NCBI RefSeq assembly: GCF_031769215.1
Contig: NW_026782376.1
Span: forward strand, 682,001 to 746,000
DNA: 64,000 nucleotides
Direction of reading: 5' to 3'
DNA from: Ylistrum balloti
Taxonomy: Eukaryota
Positions 1-12,900 of this stretch are shown piece by piece (the stretch's first letter is position 1; every line of letters begins with the position of its first letter). Below the pieces are notes generated by a model that saw only the letters and a program-made list of their open reading frames with translations, did no database searches and was not told where the DNA came from. Both the position numbers and the translations under genes were made by a program.

Positions 1-401
1 ATATCTGAGAAATCAGTCATGCTATTTTATAGAATATGGTGAGACTTTTTAATCTGTATGGATATATTCCATTGATACTAATTTCGTCTAAACATATAAG
101 ATTATTGATTTGAGTCTTTATGCAGCATGTTCTACACCATGGACATCATTCAGCTATATATCATGATATTAGCACCCCGCATTTCAAACTCTCAATAGAA
201 ATATCATCCTTTATTCCTAACTGGAAAGTTTATGTGTGGTGTAGAAGACGTCCTAATATACACCAATTCCTTTAAATTTGGATGACAATTTCCCATTTCT
301 GATAAGTTTTGGTCCAAATATCGCGTTGAGGAACGATTACGTAAAACCGGGTGTAAACCGATTGAACCAATTTCAATTTTTTCTTCCTGTTATTTTTCCA
401 G

Positions 402-593
402 CGGTGGTGGGGCACTACCCCGTGTGTCCCCGGGGGTGTACCAGTTGCTCACGGTTTAACGGGTGTGTCACCTGTCGACCACGCCTGTTTTTGTTCCTGG
501 AGAGAAGAGGTATGAGACAAAGAGGCGTGTGTACCCACAGTTGTCCACCAGATTATTACGGGGTCCGACGTCAGGAGTACAGCGTCTGCTATC
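402..593 (+). CDS. RSPO: RSPO exon: furin-like repeat 1 (ZNRF3/RNF43-binding module)
   Basis: tttttccag acceptor, gtaagt donor at 594, 8 Cys, LERRGMRQ motif. Confidence 0.95.
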
Positions 594-3500
594 GTAAGTA
601 ACCAGTGAGAATAAAGACACTGAAGATGTTTACATCAATTATACTTGAAATAGGGCTGCAACCATTATATATACAGTAAATATCATAATAAACACCCACT
701 GATCATGGGATGGGGGAGATTGTGATATGATCCTGTGCTCTGTTGTGTCAATACTCTCTTCTACGGGGAGAAAGTCACAAAAAAAATATTTAAAATAGAC
801 GCGGCAGAATTTTAACATAAAAAACAGACAAGAGAAATATGAATGTTATGTCGATGTAATTGTCTTAATCTGCGCTGGAAGTCAAACGTCAGGCTAAACC
901 ATAAATGTAAATAGAAAATTGCACAATAAATCCATTTTCCTAGGTTAATTCAAACTCAAAGTGCTGTCCAAGGATAAATTTTCCAAACCTAAATGTCGAC
1001 ATATTACTTATGTCTCTTTACTAAAATCAATACACTCGTATTTTTACATTATCTACTTGTGACTGCTAAAAAATACATCAGTTTTCTGTGTATTTCCTTC
1101 CGAAATCCACAAATCTACAGATCACACGTACAATGCACAACAATGTGAATACAAACGAATTAGATTTTAGCTCTCTTAACATATTAGAAAATAATACATC
1201 GTGTATGTTGATAAGTACAACGTACTAACACATTATCTATTAATAACCAATCGATGGAGCTAACTCAGAGAGAACTATGGAATTCTTTGGGGCTTTTTTT
1301 TATTTCCTCTGAAATGGAAAACAAAATACTGTATGATAGAATTAATTCAAAATATGTCTTTGAAAATCTTGATGATTCTTCTTTCTTTCTTTTCTTTCTT
1401 TAATCGGGCGATGGGAGAGATGCCTCGTCATGAGTAGTTATTGCCCTTTGATCACGATTAATGACACGTGTCGCAAGTAATGGCGCGTGTCGGAAATAAA
1501 CACGCGGACACGTGTAGCGTCCAGCCTTGAGTGATTTAGCCGACTGGTATCTATAAACAGTTTAGTCTAAAACAAAGCGCAAACACCCTTATTCAAAATT
1601 GCTAGAACATGGAATTATGGTATACAAAATAAGAGAATTTTATCGGAAACTGGAAGTTAAAGATCAAACCGCTATAGTATTTAGAAAAAAAAATCGACAG
1701 AAAGTTTTTATTCTTGATGTGGTCACTATGGTAAATTAAACTTTAACATAAGGAAATACATTTGGTGATTACAAATTATAAACGTTCCCTTACGTACACA
1801 TTTGATTTTACGTCGATGTCTTAGAACGAACCTAGCTGTATATCTTTCCAATCGGTAATTTTTCATTTTTCATTAATACTAAGACAACGATGTGTAATTG
1901 ATTTTAAAAGGGAAAAATGAAAAATATTATATATATCTATATATATATAAACGAAAAAAAATACATATATATATATATATGGGTTTGTTTTGCTGTTTAT
2001 TTGGTTTTTTGCTGTTTTTTGTTTTGTTTTTGTTTTTTGTATTTTTTTGTTTTTTTATCAAGCAAAAGCCTGATGGATTAATTACATATAATAGCGTATC
2101 ATTCATAAACTGTCATACTATTCCATAGCTATCAACAAGTGATCGTTTCGGATTTTATCAACAATAAGTCAATTATATTTTGTTCGTAGTAATAGAGGTG
2201 AAATTGACTATATTTTTACGACCGTCGTATATTTTCCGGAATATGATAGCAATCGTGTGCCTTCCGGTTTCAATTTTATACTAACGCCTGTAAACTGTCT
2301 AGTCGTGATATACTCATTACGGAGTGAAGTCACTTTACGAGGATGAATACACTTCATTTGAAATTCCCACACTGATTTAGCACCAGATATTCGATTTAAC
2401 AAGATAGTCTTGTTATCGTCAGCGATATCTTAAATGCGAAGGAATAAAGAGGCGCTCGTATAATGATTTAATCTCTATGTTACGTTGAGAGTGCGAGTGA
2501 TTCAGAATTGTCCAATAATCTCTGACAAAATATCAACAGAAAACCAATTCACAGGCCATATGTAAAACGCTTCCCGATTACCGAAGACATAACACTATCA
2601 TATCATTTGTTTATGTTAACGGCTATCTTAAAACACACGCCATCTTTTTACTCTACTCTCTCAATGTTCACTAATACTGACTCACTCACATCGTAATTTT
2701 AAAAAGAATTTTCGACTAAACATATAAAGTCCTTATTAATAGAATTAAAAGAAAACGCCTACAAACATTGTACATTACTCTTCTAACTGCATTTTAAATG
2801 TATCAGAATTGAAATTCAGTTTCTATAGAAAATATTATTAATCTATTTTTCTGCTACCTTATCCCACCTTTACTCATATATTACGTCTATAACAATACTG
2901 TAGGTCGTTTATGAACGTTTTCAATATCTCGTTTTAGTCGATGACGTTAAATTACTGAAACTTTAAAATGTCTCTATCTAAGCTGTTTTCTAGTATGTAA
3001 ACTAAGATTAGTGTAGTATCTGTGTGCTTGAATGAAGGATTCAAGTTGGCTCCAGAAGTGAGTATATCGCAGCTTGCGAAACCTGGTTTTACTTTTCGGA
3101 TAATTTTCAAAAGATATCACTTAAGTCTCCATTTTTGCAGTGTAATACAAGCAAGCAGTAGAGTATTTCACAAAGGCTCATTGTAACTTAATGATGAAAC
3201 TCACAAAATTTAGTAAATATTGTATCCTTTCTGTTTTTGGATAAGAAGAAAAAATAAATATTAAACAGCTAAAATCCTTATTGCATTATCAAACAACAAT
3301 CAAAGTCTAGGAATCTCTCCTTGCAGGATGCTCTAAGATGGCTATTTAAATTGAACATTGAATCCTCCATATATTGTAAATATTTGAGTTTTATCAATGA
3401 CGACAACATATTAAATAGTGTATTACTCACAGGTGATATAATGTCTCTGAGAAATGTCGGCCACGGGCCCTGATCTAAGAGTATCATCATTCTGTAAAAT

Positions 3501-6500
3501 GGTCTGATCTATCGTAACTGTGCACTTGTGTGACCGAGAATACCGGACAAAATAGAGAAGCTTTTCCATTTATCACTGATATTTGCCTATCACTTCAAAA
3601 GTGTCTTCATCATGAAGTTCACAATAGAAGAAAAAACTCGAACGCGCCGCGCGGATGAATACATCCCTGCCCCAGCTCCTCCTTGCTCACAAAGGACGAC
3701 TCGAACACAATATATTCCCCATGTATGACAATCTGAACTATGACTTCTTCGGCTTTGAGTATGAACCTGCCACCCACAACGACCTTAGTGTACCGTTCAC
3801 GGCAGAAGTAATTAATAAATATCAAAGAATCTGTCTGAATTCGTCATACAAAATCCCATAATAGACACCATTTTACTTTTAAATATTTTTTTTGTGATTT
3901 TGTTTAGTCAGTGTAGGGTTAAAAACGAAGTGCAGTTTTATATGCATGAATGTATTAATGCATTTTGTGTGTGAAAATCATTGGGATATTATAATTCATT
4001 GAATCGGTGAAGAAAATTCCCAACAAAGGAACACGAATGTTAAAGATGGCGTCTACTTCTAATTTATGACTGTTACTTTTTAAAATAATTAAAATAATTA
4101 AAAAAAAAAATAGAAAACAGATAAGTGAAAAAAAAGTGTTTTGTGAAAAGCTATATTATTTTTCTCTTAATTGTCATTTTAATTTAAAGCAGAGACTGAC
4201 AATAAAATTAGATTGCTATAGGAGAGATAAGACTTATAGTTGTGAGGGAATACATGTAGGTGGAAGCTGAGATTAGTTCGTTTTATAAAGTTTCACGCTG
4301 AGATAGATGAAAGAAAAACCAGCATCTAGTAAGACCTTCTAATCTAATCGGCTAACAACGTCATCGTCATTCTTAAATTAGGACCTAAAACAAGAGAAAT
4401 ATGAATTAATGTTTTCTAAATCATTTTTTTTTCTTTTTGCAAATATACCTCTTCCAAGACTGATGACGTTGAGAAACGTACTTACGTGGGGATATGCAAA
4501 TATGTTAGTGAGATCTGTTAAACACATAATACTTAAATACAAACATAAATAGATAAATGAATAAATAAATAAAGGGAAGTTGCTTCCTCCAGTTTTAACG
4601 AACAGCTCTTGGCCGTCCTTACATCACTACGCTGCAGATAGGGCGTAAGAATGGTGCTTGCTGCCCTTATTATATGATTGCATGAGGCGACTCACTTCAC
4701 TATCTTGCAATCCATATACTCTTTCACTCATACAACGCTTTTATTACAAATGGATGTCTTGACGACGCTGCCACACGCTTGGACTTGGAGTTGAGTGTTC
4801 ACAAAATGATTTTTTAAAGACTAGTTTCATAAACTTAGACAGGAAACAAAAAACGTTTAAGACTAGTTTCATAAACTCAGACAGGAAGCAAAAACTATAA
4901 TTGAAAGATCTTATGAGAAAAAAAGAGGAAATATTTTCTTTGGTTTTGTCCCATATGTCCTTAAGAGTATATTTTCACATGTTTTTTCCTTTGAAAAATG
5001 ATGTTACGGAGACGTGTTTTTCTGATGCACACGAAAAAAAATAACAAGATCGGGAGATCAGTCATGTTCATTTGTTAACAAGAAACACTGACTTAATATG
5101 TTAATATGCCGGTGTCCATGAATTTCAGACCCTGCAGATATGCGTTCCTATATAACATTTTAATGTTTTGGTATTGATAGTGTTTGATCTTCTCTAACAG
5201 ATTGTCAGATTCCGAATTGTGAGACGTGCTTCAACCAGAACTACTGTACCCAATGTCGGCCTCCATATATATCCTACAGGGGGCGCTGTATCGAACGATG
5301 TCCAGACGGACTACATTATGCAAATTATTCCAAAGACTGTCGCATGATAGGTAAAGTATATCGGTTTGCCATCAACATATTAACAGTTGAAAGAAAACCA
5401 TCAGTATTGGCAGCGAATCCATCGCATTAGGTGTTTTTTGGTCTATTAACACCCAAACTGTCTTGCTACATTTCCACCTTTTTTCGCTACTCATAGATTA
5501 GTCTCGGTTTCATGGTAATTTAGAATTGTAGAGAAAAAAAAGAAGAAAGTCACTTCCTCGACTAATGGGTACTTCAGTTTCTAGATCTATGCTATGTGCG
5601 TTGCCATAATTCAATAATTTCATTTTCTGTTGCGACAACTTGTTTTACAATTGTAGAAGAGTAAGGGTTGAAAGATTTCTTATGATGCGATAATTTTGCC
5701 TTTGTTTGGGCATGCTTACAGTCGACTGTATGGTGGGACCATGGGACCCGTGGGGACCGTGCACGCGGAATGGTCAAACGTGTGGATACACATACGGAAT
5801 AGCCACACGGACACGACAGATTCTGGAGCATCCGTCTCCAAACGGAATAAGTTGTCCGGCTCTGGCAGAGAATACTTGCTGTCGCATGACGATGCGACAT
5901 TGCGCAGGTGAGGAGAGGTTTCAAGCAATTGGGATCGGGTTTTTTAAAGCTACTGTCTCTAAAAAAATAATTATGCATCTGGATTTCAGCAAAATAGGTT
6001 CTTATTTGGTTCCGTGCATTGTCATTATCTTGCTATATATATGCATGCGCTGCCGAACGATTGGGGAATTAAGTTAATCTCCGCCAAAACATTCCATCTG
6101 TTATAAGTTTGAAACTTCTCCCTGTCCGTCTAAATTAAACTGTATAGATTCTTGTCAAATGAATAGTATGTTAAACCAAATGTATACAACTATATGAGCG
6201 AACAATTGTAAGTCGAGAGACTTTTCTATTTCTGAGATGCGAATATAAAACAATAGAATCAGCCGTAGTTTCAGGGTCAAATGTTACTGAATTTACGTCA
6301 ACTTTCAACCTATATGTGGCATTCCGTGCGTGGGGAATAAAATCTCATATGGTTATTTAAGTTAACGAATTTATGCAATCGTAGTGATGTACACGAATGC
6401 CTCTTACACGTGTTCTATGGATTACAAGGTGATTTTTTAAAATATAATTATTGAATATATTCAATAACTTGAACATGACAAGGGAGACAACACGAAAACA

Positions 6501-9500
6501 CAACACGGAATGAAATGATTAGTAAGGTAGCATAATGGGAACGAAATACAGGACAACGTATTCAATCAAAAATATTTTTAAATTTTGCCATTGGAGATTA
6601 AAGACACATAAAAAATACCAAACGATTCGGCAGCAAGTGATTACTAACGTAATCAAAATTTACTTATATATTTATATTTTATTTATATAGAAGCCCTTCC
6701 TATTAAGCTTAATCGTTAAAATTCAATAATGAACCGAAAGTATTGACCGAATATTTCTATTACTGATATAAAATACAAAATTTTGTCATTAATTTTTTAA
6801 GACGTACATAATTAAGCAGGTATACACCCAATCACTTTTATGCTTTTTACTATGCTTTGCATGCAGTTAATACTAAACTTTTATATGTATAGTTTTGAAT
6901 GCATGAGTTAACCTTGTCAAATATGATGTATGTAGAATCCCGCCACGTGGTGGTATATCGAATCAGTTCGTCGACGCAGCAACGTAACCGAATTAAAGCA
7001 TGCATATGACTACCTATAAATGGAAAGAAATTAACCTGTTGTGAAAGGTTAGCGGAATGTGTTGTTTTCTTGGTACTCATAAACAACTTGAGTAAATACA
7101 AATTCGTGTATATGAACATTTATTAAAGAATTTATGATAAAGCATGTTTTCCGTTGCAATATAAAATGGAAGTTTTCTCCAATCCAATAACTCATCGACA
7201 ATTTACACTACAATACTGCAGTCTTCTCCGGCTTTTCAGACGTCGATGTTCCTCGGGTCTGAGGAACGGATTTTTTATAATGAAAATCTCCAGAAATTAG
7301 CCTCTATTTCAATAAACACATGGCACGAGGGATTGATTAAGATATGTATAAAACTTTACAAAAGATTATAAGAACAGTTCTTGGAAATGACATTAAAAGA
7401 TGGTGAGGAACAGATATAGAAACTACACCAGGAGTTGATGAGATAATCGATTGATTAAGGTTTGCTTCCTTTTATTGTGGCTGCACTGTGCACACATTGA
7501 GACGAGGGAGGGATTACTTTAACTGTATATAACTGCATTTGATTGAGCGGACATATATTGCTTTCCAATTATAGTGTTGTCTCCAGACGATTCGCTCTAG
7601 TAGAGTATCACTGAGAGGCAATCGTTTCCAATAAGGTCGACATGTAAAATGATGAATGCTATTTAGATCGTTTGTACAGAACATTATAATTAAAATAACA
7701 CTAAAATCACAATAAGACATTATAGTCATTGCACGAAACGGTCTAAATATATAATAAATAAACACAATATCATATACGCATTTCTAAAACAGTATTACAA
7801 TGTATTTATTATTAAGAAGCGTTGTTGATCTTCATTACTGTAATTATATGATGTAAAAGGAAGCCGGATGAAAATGAAGAAAAATGATTAGATTTAATAT
7901 CTTGTCACCTACTCCACACGCAGGGTAAAGAGAATCACGAGATTGGTTGCCTTTAAAGGTTATGAAACATTTGATAAAATGTTTTCATCCATTAACTTGT
8001 ATATAATACGTACATTGTATATATGTTACAGTTCACTGCTATTAACAGTAACGTTTACATTTACTGACCATATCTAAAATTGCAAATTGTAAAAGTTGTT
8101 TGGATTGACGATGAAATTTTTGCTGGTTTTTACCAAATACTTGAAGTTATATAGGTTATGTTTTCACAGACGTCATGATTTTTTTTTCAATTAATGGTAA
8201 TTTTTTTATCGCGATATTACTTCGCTTGAAAATCTTTTCAGTATTCACGATATCTAACACACACGTTCAGTTTGAAGTCGGGAATGGTTTATGGGGGATA
8301 TTTTGGAGTGCGGGAAATTTTGGGTCAATTCCCAAATGTAGTTGACAACATTATTTATCACTGTAAATATCACCACGGAAAATAGATATGAAAATAACAA
8401 GAACGACATCCACTGCATTGCGAAGTACTGACTGGTCACGTGGTCAGCATTTGTGTTTACGTAGCCTTTGTTGAATAGTTTTGTAATAAGTACGAATGAA
8501 ACTTTTGTAAACAAGTTGGTTTAATGGGTTCATTATTCAGTGTAACTAATCACGTCTTTGGTTCAAGCGGTTTTCTTTTCATTTCTATTTCATTTTTTAG
8601 CAAATACGTACCAGACAACATGCACTTTTTAATAGGCTTCAAAATGTTTATACAGCTATTTACTGTGAAGAATTGGAAAACGCACCTTATACTTGTAAAG
8701 GACTCAGATTTGATGAATTTCCAAGTCAAAAACTTTCACTGAATAAATGTTCTTTTATGTAAACATGGAAATAAAATCTTGGTACTTTAAGGTATTTTGC
8801 TTTTCAAAAAGTTCAATCTAAAATAAGCAAAAAAGATGTAATTTGTGTTTTACATATCCGTTAGAATTTATGTGTATGTTCTCAAATTGAAATGTATTAT
8901 TTCAAAGTTTTAGAACATAACGCAATTTCAAAATATTTGAAAATAACCGTGTAGAAAGTGTGAATTCTCTAAATTATAACGGAACAAATACATTATTTCG
9001 TATATATAAACGCGTGTTATCTACGGTAAGATAAATCACTTGGTAACCTCGTGTGTGTAATTACTCGGTTTGACCGTTACAGACCACACACGGCCATGTT
9101 GACCTTACACTTCTCCGAATTAAGCGGTTCCTATCACAATGTTTTCTTTGTATATACTTGTTGACAGAAATCCTCTGAACTAGTCAGCAGCACATTTTCG
9201 TCCACAACGTAATTTTCACTTGATGTTTACATAACTTGCCTCGGAGTGGTTTCAAAGCGTTTTCGTCAAGCAACTTTAAGGCGAATGATATTTTTCACAA
9301 TAAGTTACAAAATTGTAAAATGCATAGTGCCAATTATATTTTGGAATCATGGATACCATAATCCTATTGTATATCATACTGTATTAAATTTGTTATGACT
9401 AGAACTTTGAAACCGTTTCCATGTTACTTTTGGTTTTATAAGAATTTTGCATGAATCCCGATATATTTTTATAATGCATGTGATTTCTGTTAATTAACAT

Positions 9501-9974
9501 CCGGTCGATCTTTAATACAAGTATGAGTATAAACCGGAAGTGGAAATACAAGAGTGGAGCATGGTCCGGATGTGCCTCACTGACGTGTTCATTATCATCC
9601 TTTTTTATATATAATTCTAATGTATATTCAATCCTGGCTAACAATGACCCAATCTTGGGGAGGTTAATCAAACTATAGCCTGATGAGGCATCTAATGTAT
9701 ACTTCCAGATCTGTTACTCAATAACTCAGATCTTACGCTTGAGAAAAGGAAAAAGCCATTTGGAAAACGAAAGAGACGACGGAGACGAAAAAAGAAACGA
9801 AAGTACAGAAAAAGAAAAAGGGGAAAGAAACGAAGACGCGGAAGAAAGAACAAACATCGAAATAGAAAGAGATTACAAAGAAAACGAAAACAAAGATTAC
9901 AAAAAAAGGCATGGGAAGTGTTTTGTGGCCGCGACCGAGTGTATAATGATATTCATATTCTTTCTAATGGATAA
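402..9974 (+). CDS. RSPO: R-spondin family protein; 5' signal-peptide exon lies outside the window. Coding exons 402-593, 5201-5350, 5722-5907, 9709-9974
   Basis: Four exons with GT-AG boundaries, all joined in phase 1, give one open frame: FU1 (CPRGCTSCSRFNGCVTC...LERRGMRQRGVC), FU2 (CQIPNCETCFNQNYCTQC), TSP1 (VDCMVGPWDPWGPC...CRMTMRHC) and a K/R-rich tail ending at TAA 9972-9974. Domain order and one-domain-per-exon layout match vertebrate RSPO1-4 (established knowledge). Confidence 0.95.
1400..1560. promoter_or_regulatory. Candidate intronic enhancer in RSPO
   Basis: CCTTTGATC (TCF/LEF) at 1445-1453, CACGTG at 1465 and 1509, ATTAAT/TAATGG homeodomain cores, CpG-rich. Confidence 0.35.
4605..4700 (+). 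mobile_element. Probable SINE 3' remnant
   Basis: GC-rich island ggccgtcc...gcatgaggcgact resembling invertebrate SINE tails; recalled similarity only. Confidence 0.3.
5201..5350 (+). CDS. RSPO: RSPO exon: furin-like repeat 2 (LGR-binding module)
   Basis: ctctaacag acceptor, gtaaag donor; HCQIPNCETCFNQNYCTQCRPPYISYRGRCIERCPDGLHYANYSKDCRMI. Not present in the ORF track. Confidence 0.93.
5722..5907 (+). CDS. RSPO: RSPO exon: thrombospondin type 1 repeat
   Basis: cttacag acceptor, gtgagg donor; WDPW motif, TRTRQ, C-terminal CRMTMRHC. Confidence 0.95.
9709..9974 (+). CDS. RSPO: RSPO terminal exon: polybasic tail
   Basis: acttccag acceptor; phase-1 join gives DLLLNNSDLTLEKRKKPFGKRKRRRRRKKKRKYRKRKRGKKRRRGRKNKHRNRKRLQRKRKQRLQKKAWEVFCGRDRVYNDIHILSNG*. 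The ORF track shows a different, acidic frame here. Confidence 0.88.
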
Positions 9975-12900
9975 AAATGAGGGCATACATCTTATGTGTC
10001 TCGTTAGTGCTATACAAAAGTGTATGGTGGATCGTTCCCTAAAGAACCTATTATTATATATTATACAGGTTCAAGTGAACGTACTGTGAATACAGACCCA
10101 GTAATGGATCAAGGTTCTTCTGTTAGTGATTGTGAGATCGAGAATGACTAGGTGTTGCTGTCTTCAATAGAGAAGTTTAAAGAACAAACACTATTTGGGA
10201 ACCACCCATTTGACACGCCATCTCTGTTGAAGTTGGCCATGAGCAATCAACAGTGTTAAAACAAGAAACCGAATTTCTTTTGAATGTGTTTTGTACTTAA
10301 AAAGTGATATTTATAATAATGAAGAATTAATTCTCAGTTGAACTTCCGGAACTGATGATGTTTACTTGCGGTAGAATTCTGCTAAGGAGTTTAATGTTCT
10401 TTTCAACTTACTGCATCATTTAACAGTGGCGTCATTGCTTATTTTATTTTTTTGTGAAGAAGTCGTAGGGAAAATGTTTTGTTTCAACTAACTACGTCAT
10501 ACAAGGGCGGTTTAAGGAAAATAATCTGTGTCTAAGATGGAGTGCAAAGGCGGGTAATATTCTGGTTGTGTTTTTTTGTGACTGTGACGTCACTGCCATA
10601 TTATTCCATACCTACATATGTGATTTAAGATGCAGTGTACCCAGAGAGATGGATTTATATATTTGTGTACAAGATGTATTTTAGTCACATTGCTTGTCTA
10701 TAAATGTGATATTTGAATAGCGTTTAGCATATATGATTGAGCTCAATGTAGCACCAGGCGGTATAGAAACTGCCGACGTGAGCACTGTGGAACATCGACA
10801 AATGTTTATAATTCCACACAATATAGCGATTAATCACATGGATTCAAAGGAATTCAACTTCATACATTTAACGACGTAAACATATGATCCTGTCAAACGT
10901 GCGAATGACTTGATTAAACAGAAAAAAGACAGCGATCATTTTTTAAATTGTTTACAGAAATTTCAGACATTTTTTTTGAAATATGGATTTGAAACAATTG
11001 AGCTTGGTTCAAAAGTGATAAATGAATAAATGTCCGTATAGGAAACTAGTAGGATTATAATGTGTGGTTCATGTAATTGATTTCGAAGGTATTAATGCCA
11101 ATCACTTTGATTTTTATGTTCCTATTCAATTGCAAACAAAAATATTGTATTTATTTTGCAGTATGTACAGTTGTATTTCTATAAAGACAAGCGGTGTTGG
11201 TATGAAATATTTTATTTGAAGGCAAGGTATAAGATATTTTATTTGAAGGCAAAAGAGCTATATGCTATAGTTGTGTCCTGACTACACTTTGATGACATTT
11301 TAATTATGATAAATATATTTATGTACATTGTTTTTAGGAAACGATGTCCACCAGCGTACGATTATACATGTATGTACAGATTACTTTTTACCCTGATAAA
11401 ACAATAAAAAAAACCCAGTTTTATCACTATATAAGTCTAACATGAAAGCAATTATTTCATCTGTTCGGTTATTTTAGAAGTTTCAAAATACATATTTGTG
11501 TATTTATGATTTTTAATGGAGTTTAATGATATCAGTCGCGTTAATACCTCAGTATTGCAGTCATACGGATGAGGGCAGTCAACCATTGATTGGATATTCA
11601 GTCAATAGAACCATATTGTCGGTATTTCATAAACCATTTTAGTTTAAATGAATTGGAATCTTTGTAAGATTGCTTCCAAGACAAACGCCATTGCACTTAA
11701 TATCGTAATGCCTAAATTAGCATAAACGAAGACTTAAAAAATATTTGCGATTTCCAGTTTGATTGCTCCTGAATTCTGACTAGTGATCAGTTGGTGACCA
11801 ACGCCAACATTACAAGGCACTTAGTAGGATTTTTCTAGTTTGAGATTATATTCAGACTCGGTGAACTAAATATTGTTTTCGTAGTTCATTTATACAACTG
11901 CATTGTAGTGCAATATATCGATCAATGACGATAACAAAATATCGTTCGTTTCAGAAAGGAGGATTATAATGGTGTATTGTACGAGTAGCCATCCATCTTA
12001 TTGGGCACGCATGATTTTTTTAGATCCCATTTCTATTTGACATCGTTTACCTATAAGGATAGTGAAACATGTTAAGGGATGTATATTGATGTCAGAACTA
12101 TCTTTAGCACTACAGGTGAAGATAAAGACCTTTCATTTAAAAATAATTCATCGGACATTTCATTATTCAAGATTTCCAAAAGGATAAGTTAAAAATTGAG
12201 CCTGCTTTACTCTAGATTTATAGAATATCTCTCCTGTTAAAAAGCAGTTGAATTTTCACATATGAGAATAAATTATTGAAATTCCAGTGTTTCTGTATAT
12301 ATTACTGAATAAAACAATTAGCGATTCTTTTAGATAATATTATGTCAATCAAATTTTAAACCACACATATTGTCTGATGTTGTTTCTTTGAATATACCCA
12401 AACATGTACTGTAAAACCATAAGCTTACGTGGGGCTCAAATTTCGTGGTTTTCATAGAATTTCTTTTTCATGGGCACTTGTATTCGTGGATCAAGAATGC
12501 CTACGAAATCAACAAAAAAAACAGCTCTATGAAAATAGAGGATTTTTCACTACAAAAATTTTAATTTTCGTAATCGCGTAAAAACCAAAACGGTAACGCA
12601 CAAAAATTTGGTCTTGTAGAAAGGAAAGTTGTACAAGATTTATGTAACAGAACATTTTTAATAGTTGGTAGAATATAACATTTACAGAATTAAAAATTCA
12701 AATAAGAATGCACGTTTTTGTTGTTGCTTTTTTGTTACCTTTAGTGTCCAAAAGACACACCAGTGAGTATCACATTGTAATACACTTAAACATTAGATAC
12801 AACAGTGAATTAATTAATTTAATAAGTAATTAATAAATCTGTATCACACAGCTGTTCCGTCCTTCAAGGACTCGTCAGTGATGTTAAGGTCTGAGTTTTG

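Noticed and set aside
1898-2128. 76-aa ORF with a hydrophobic stretch
   Set aside because: Translation of (AT)n and (GTTTT)n microsatellites.
9739-10089. 116-aa acidic ORF (ENERDDGDEK...)
   Set aside because: Wrong frame of the RSPO terminal exon; the phase-1 join selects the basic frame.
11895-11915. miR-33-like tgcattgtagtgca
   Set aside because: Partial match only, with no hairpin partner.
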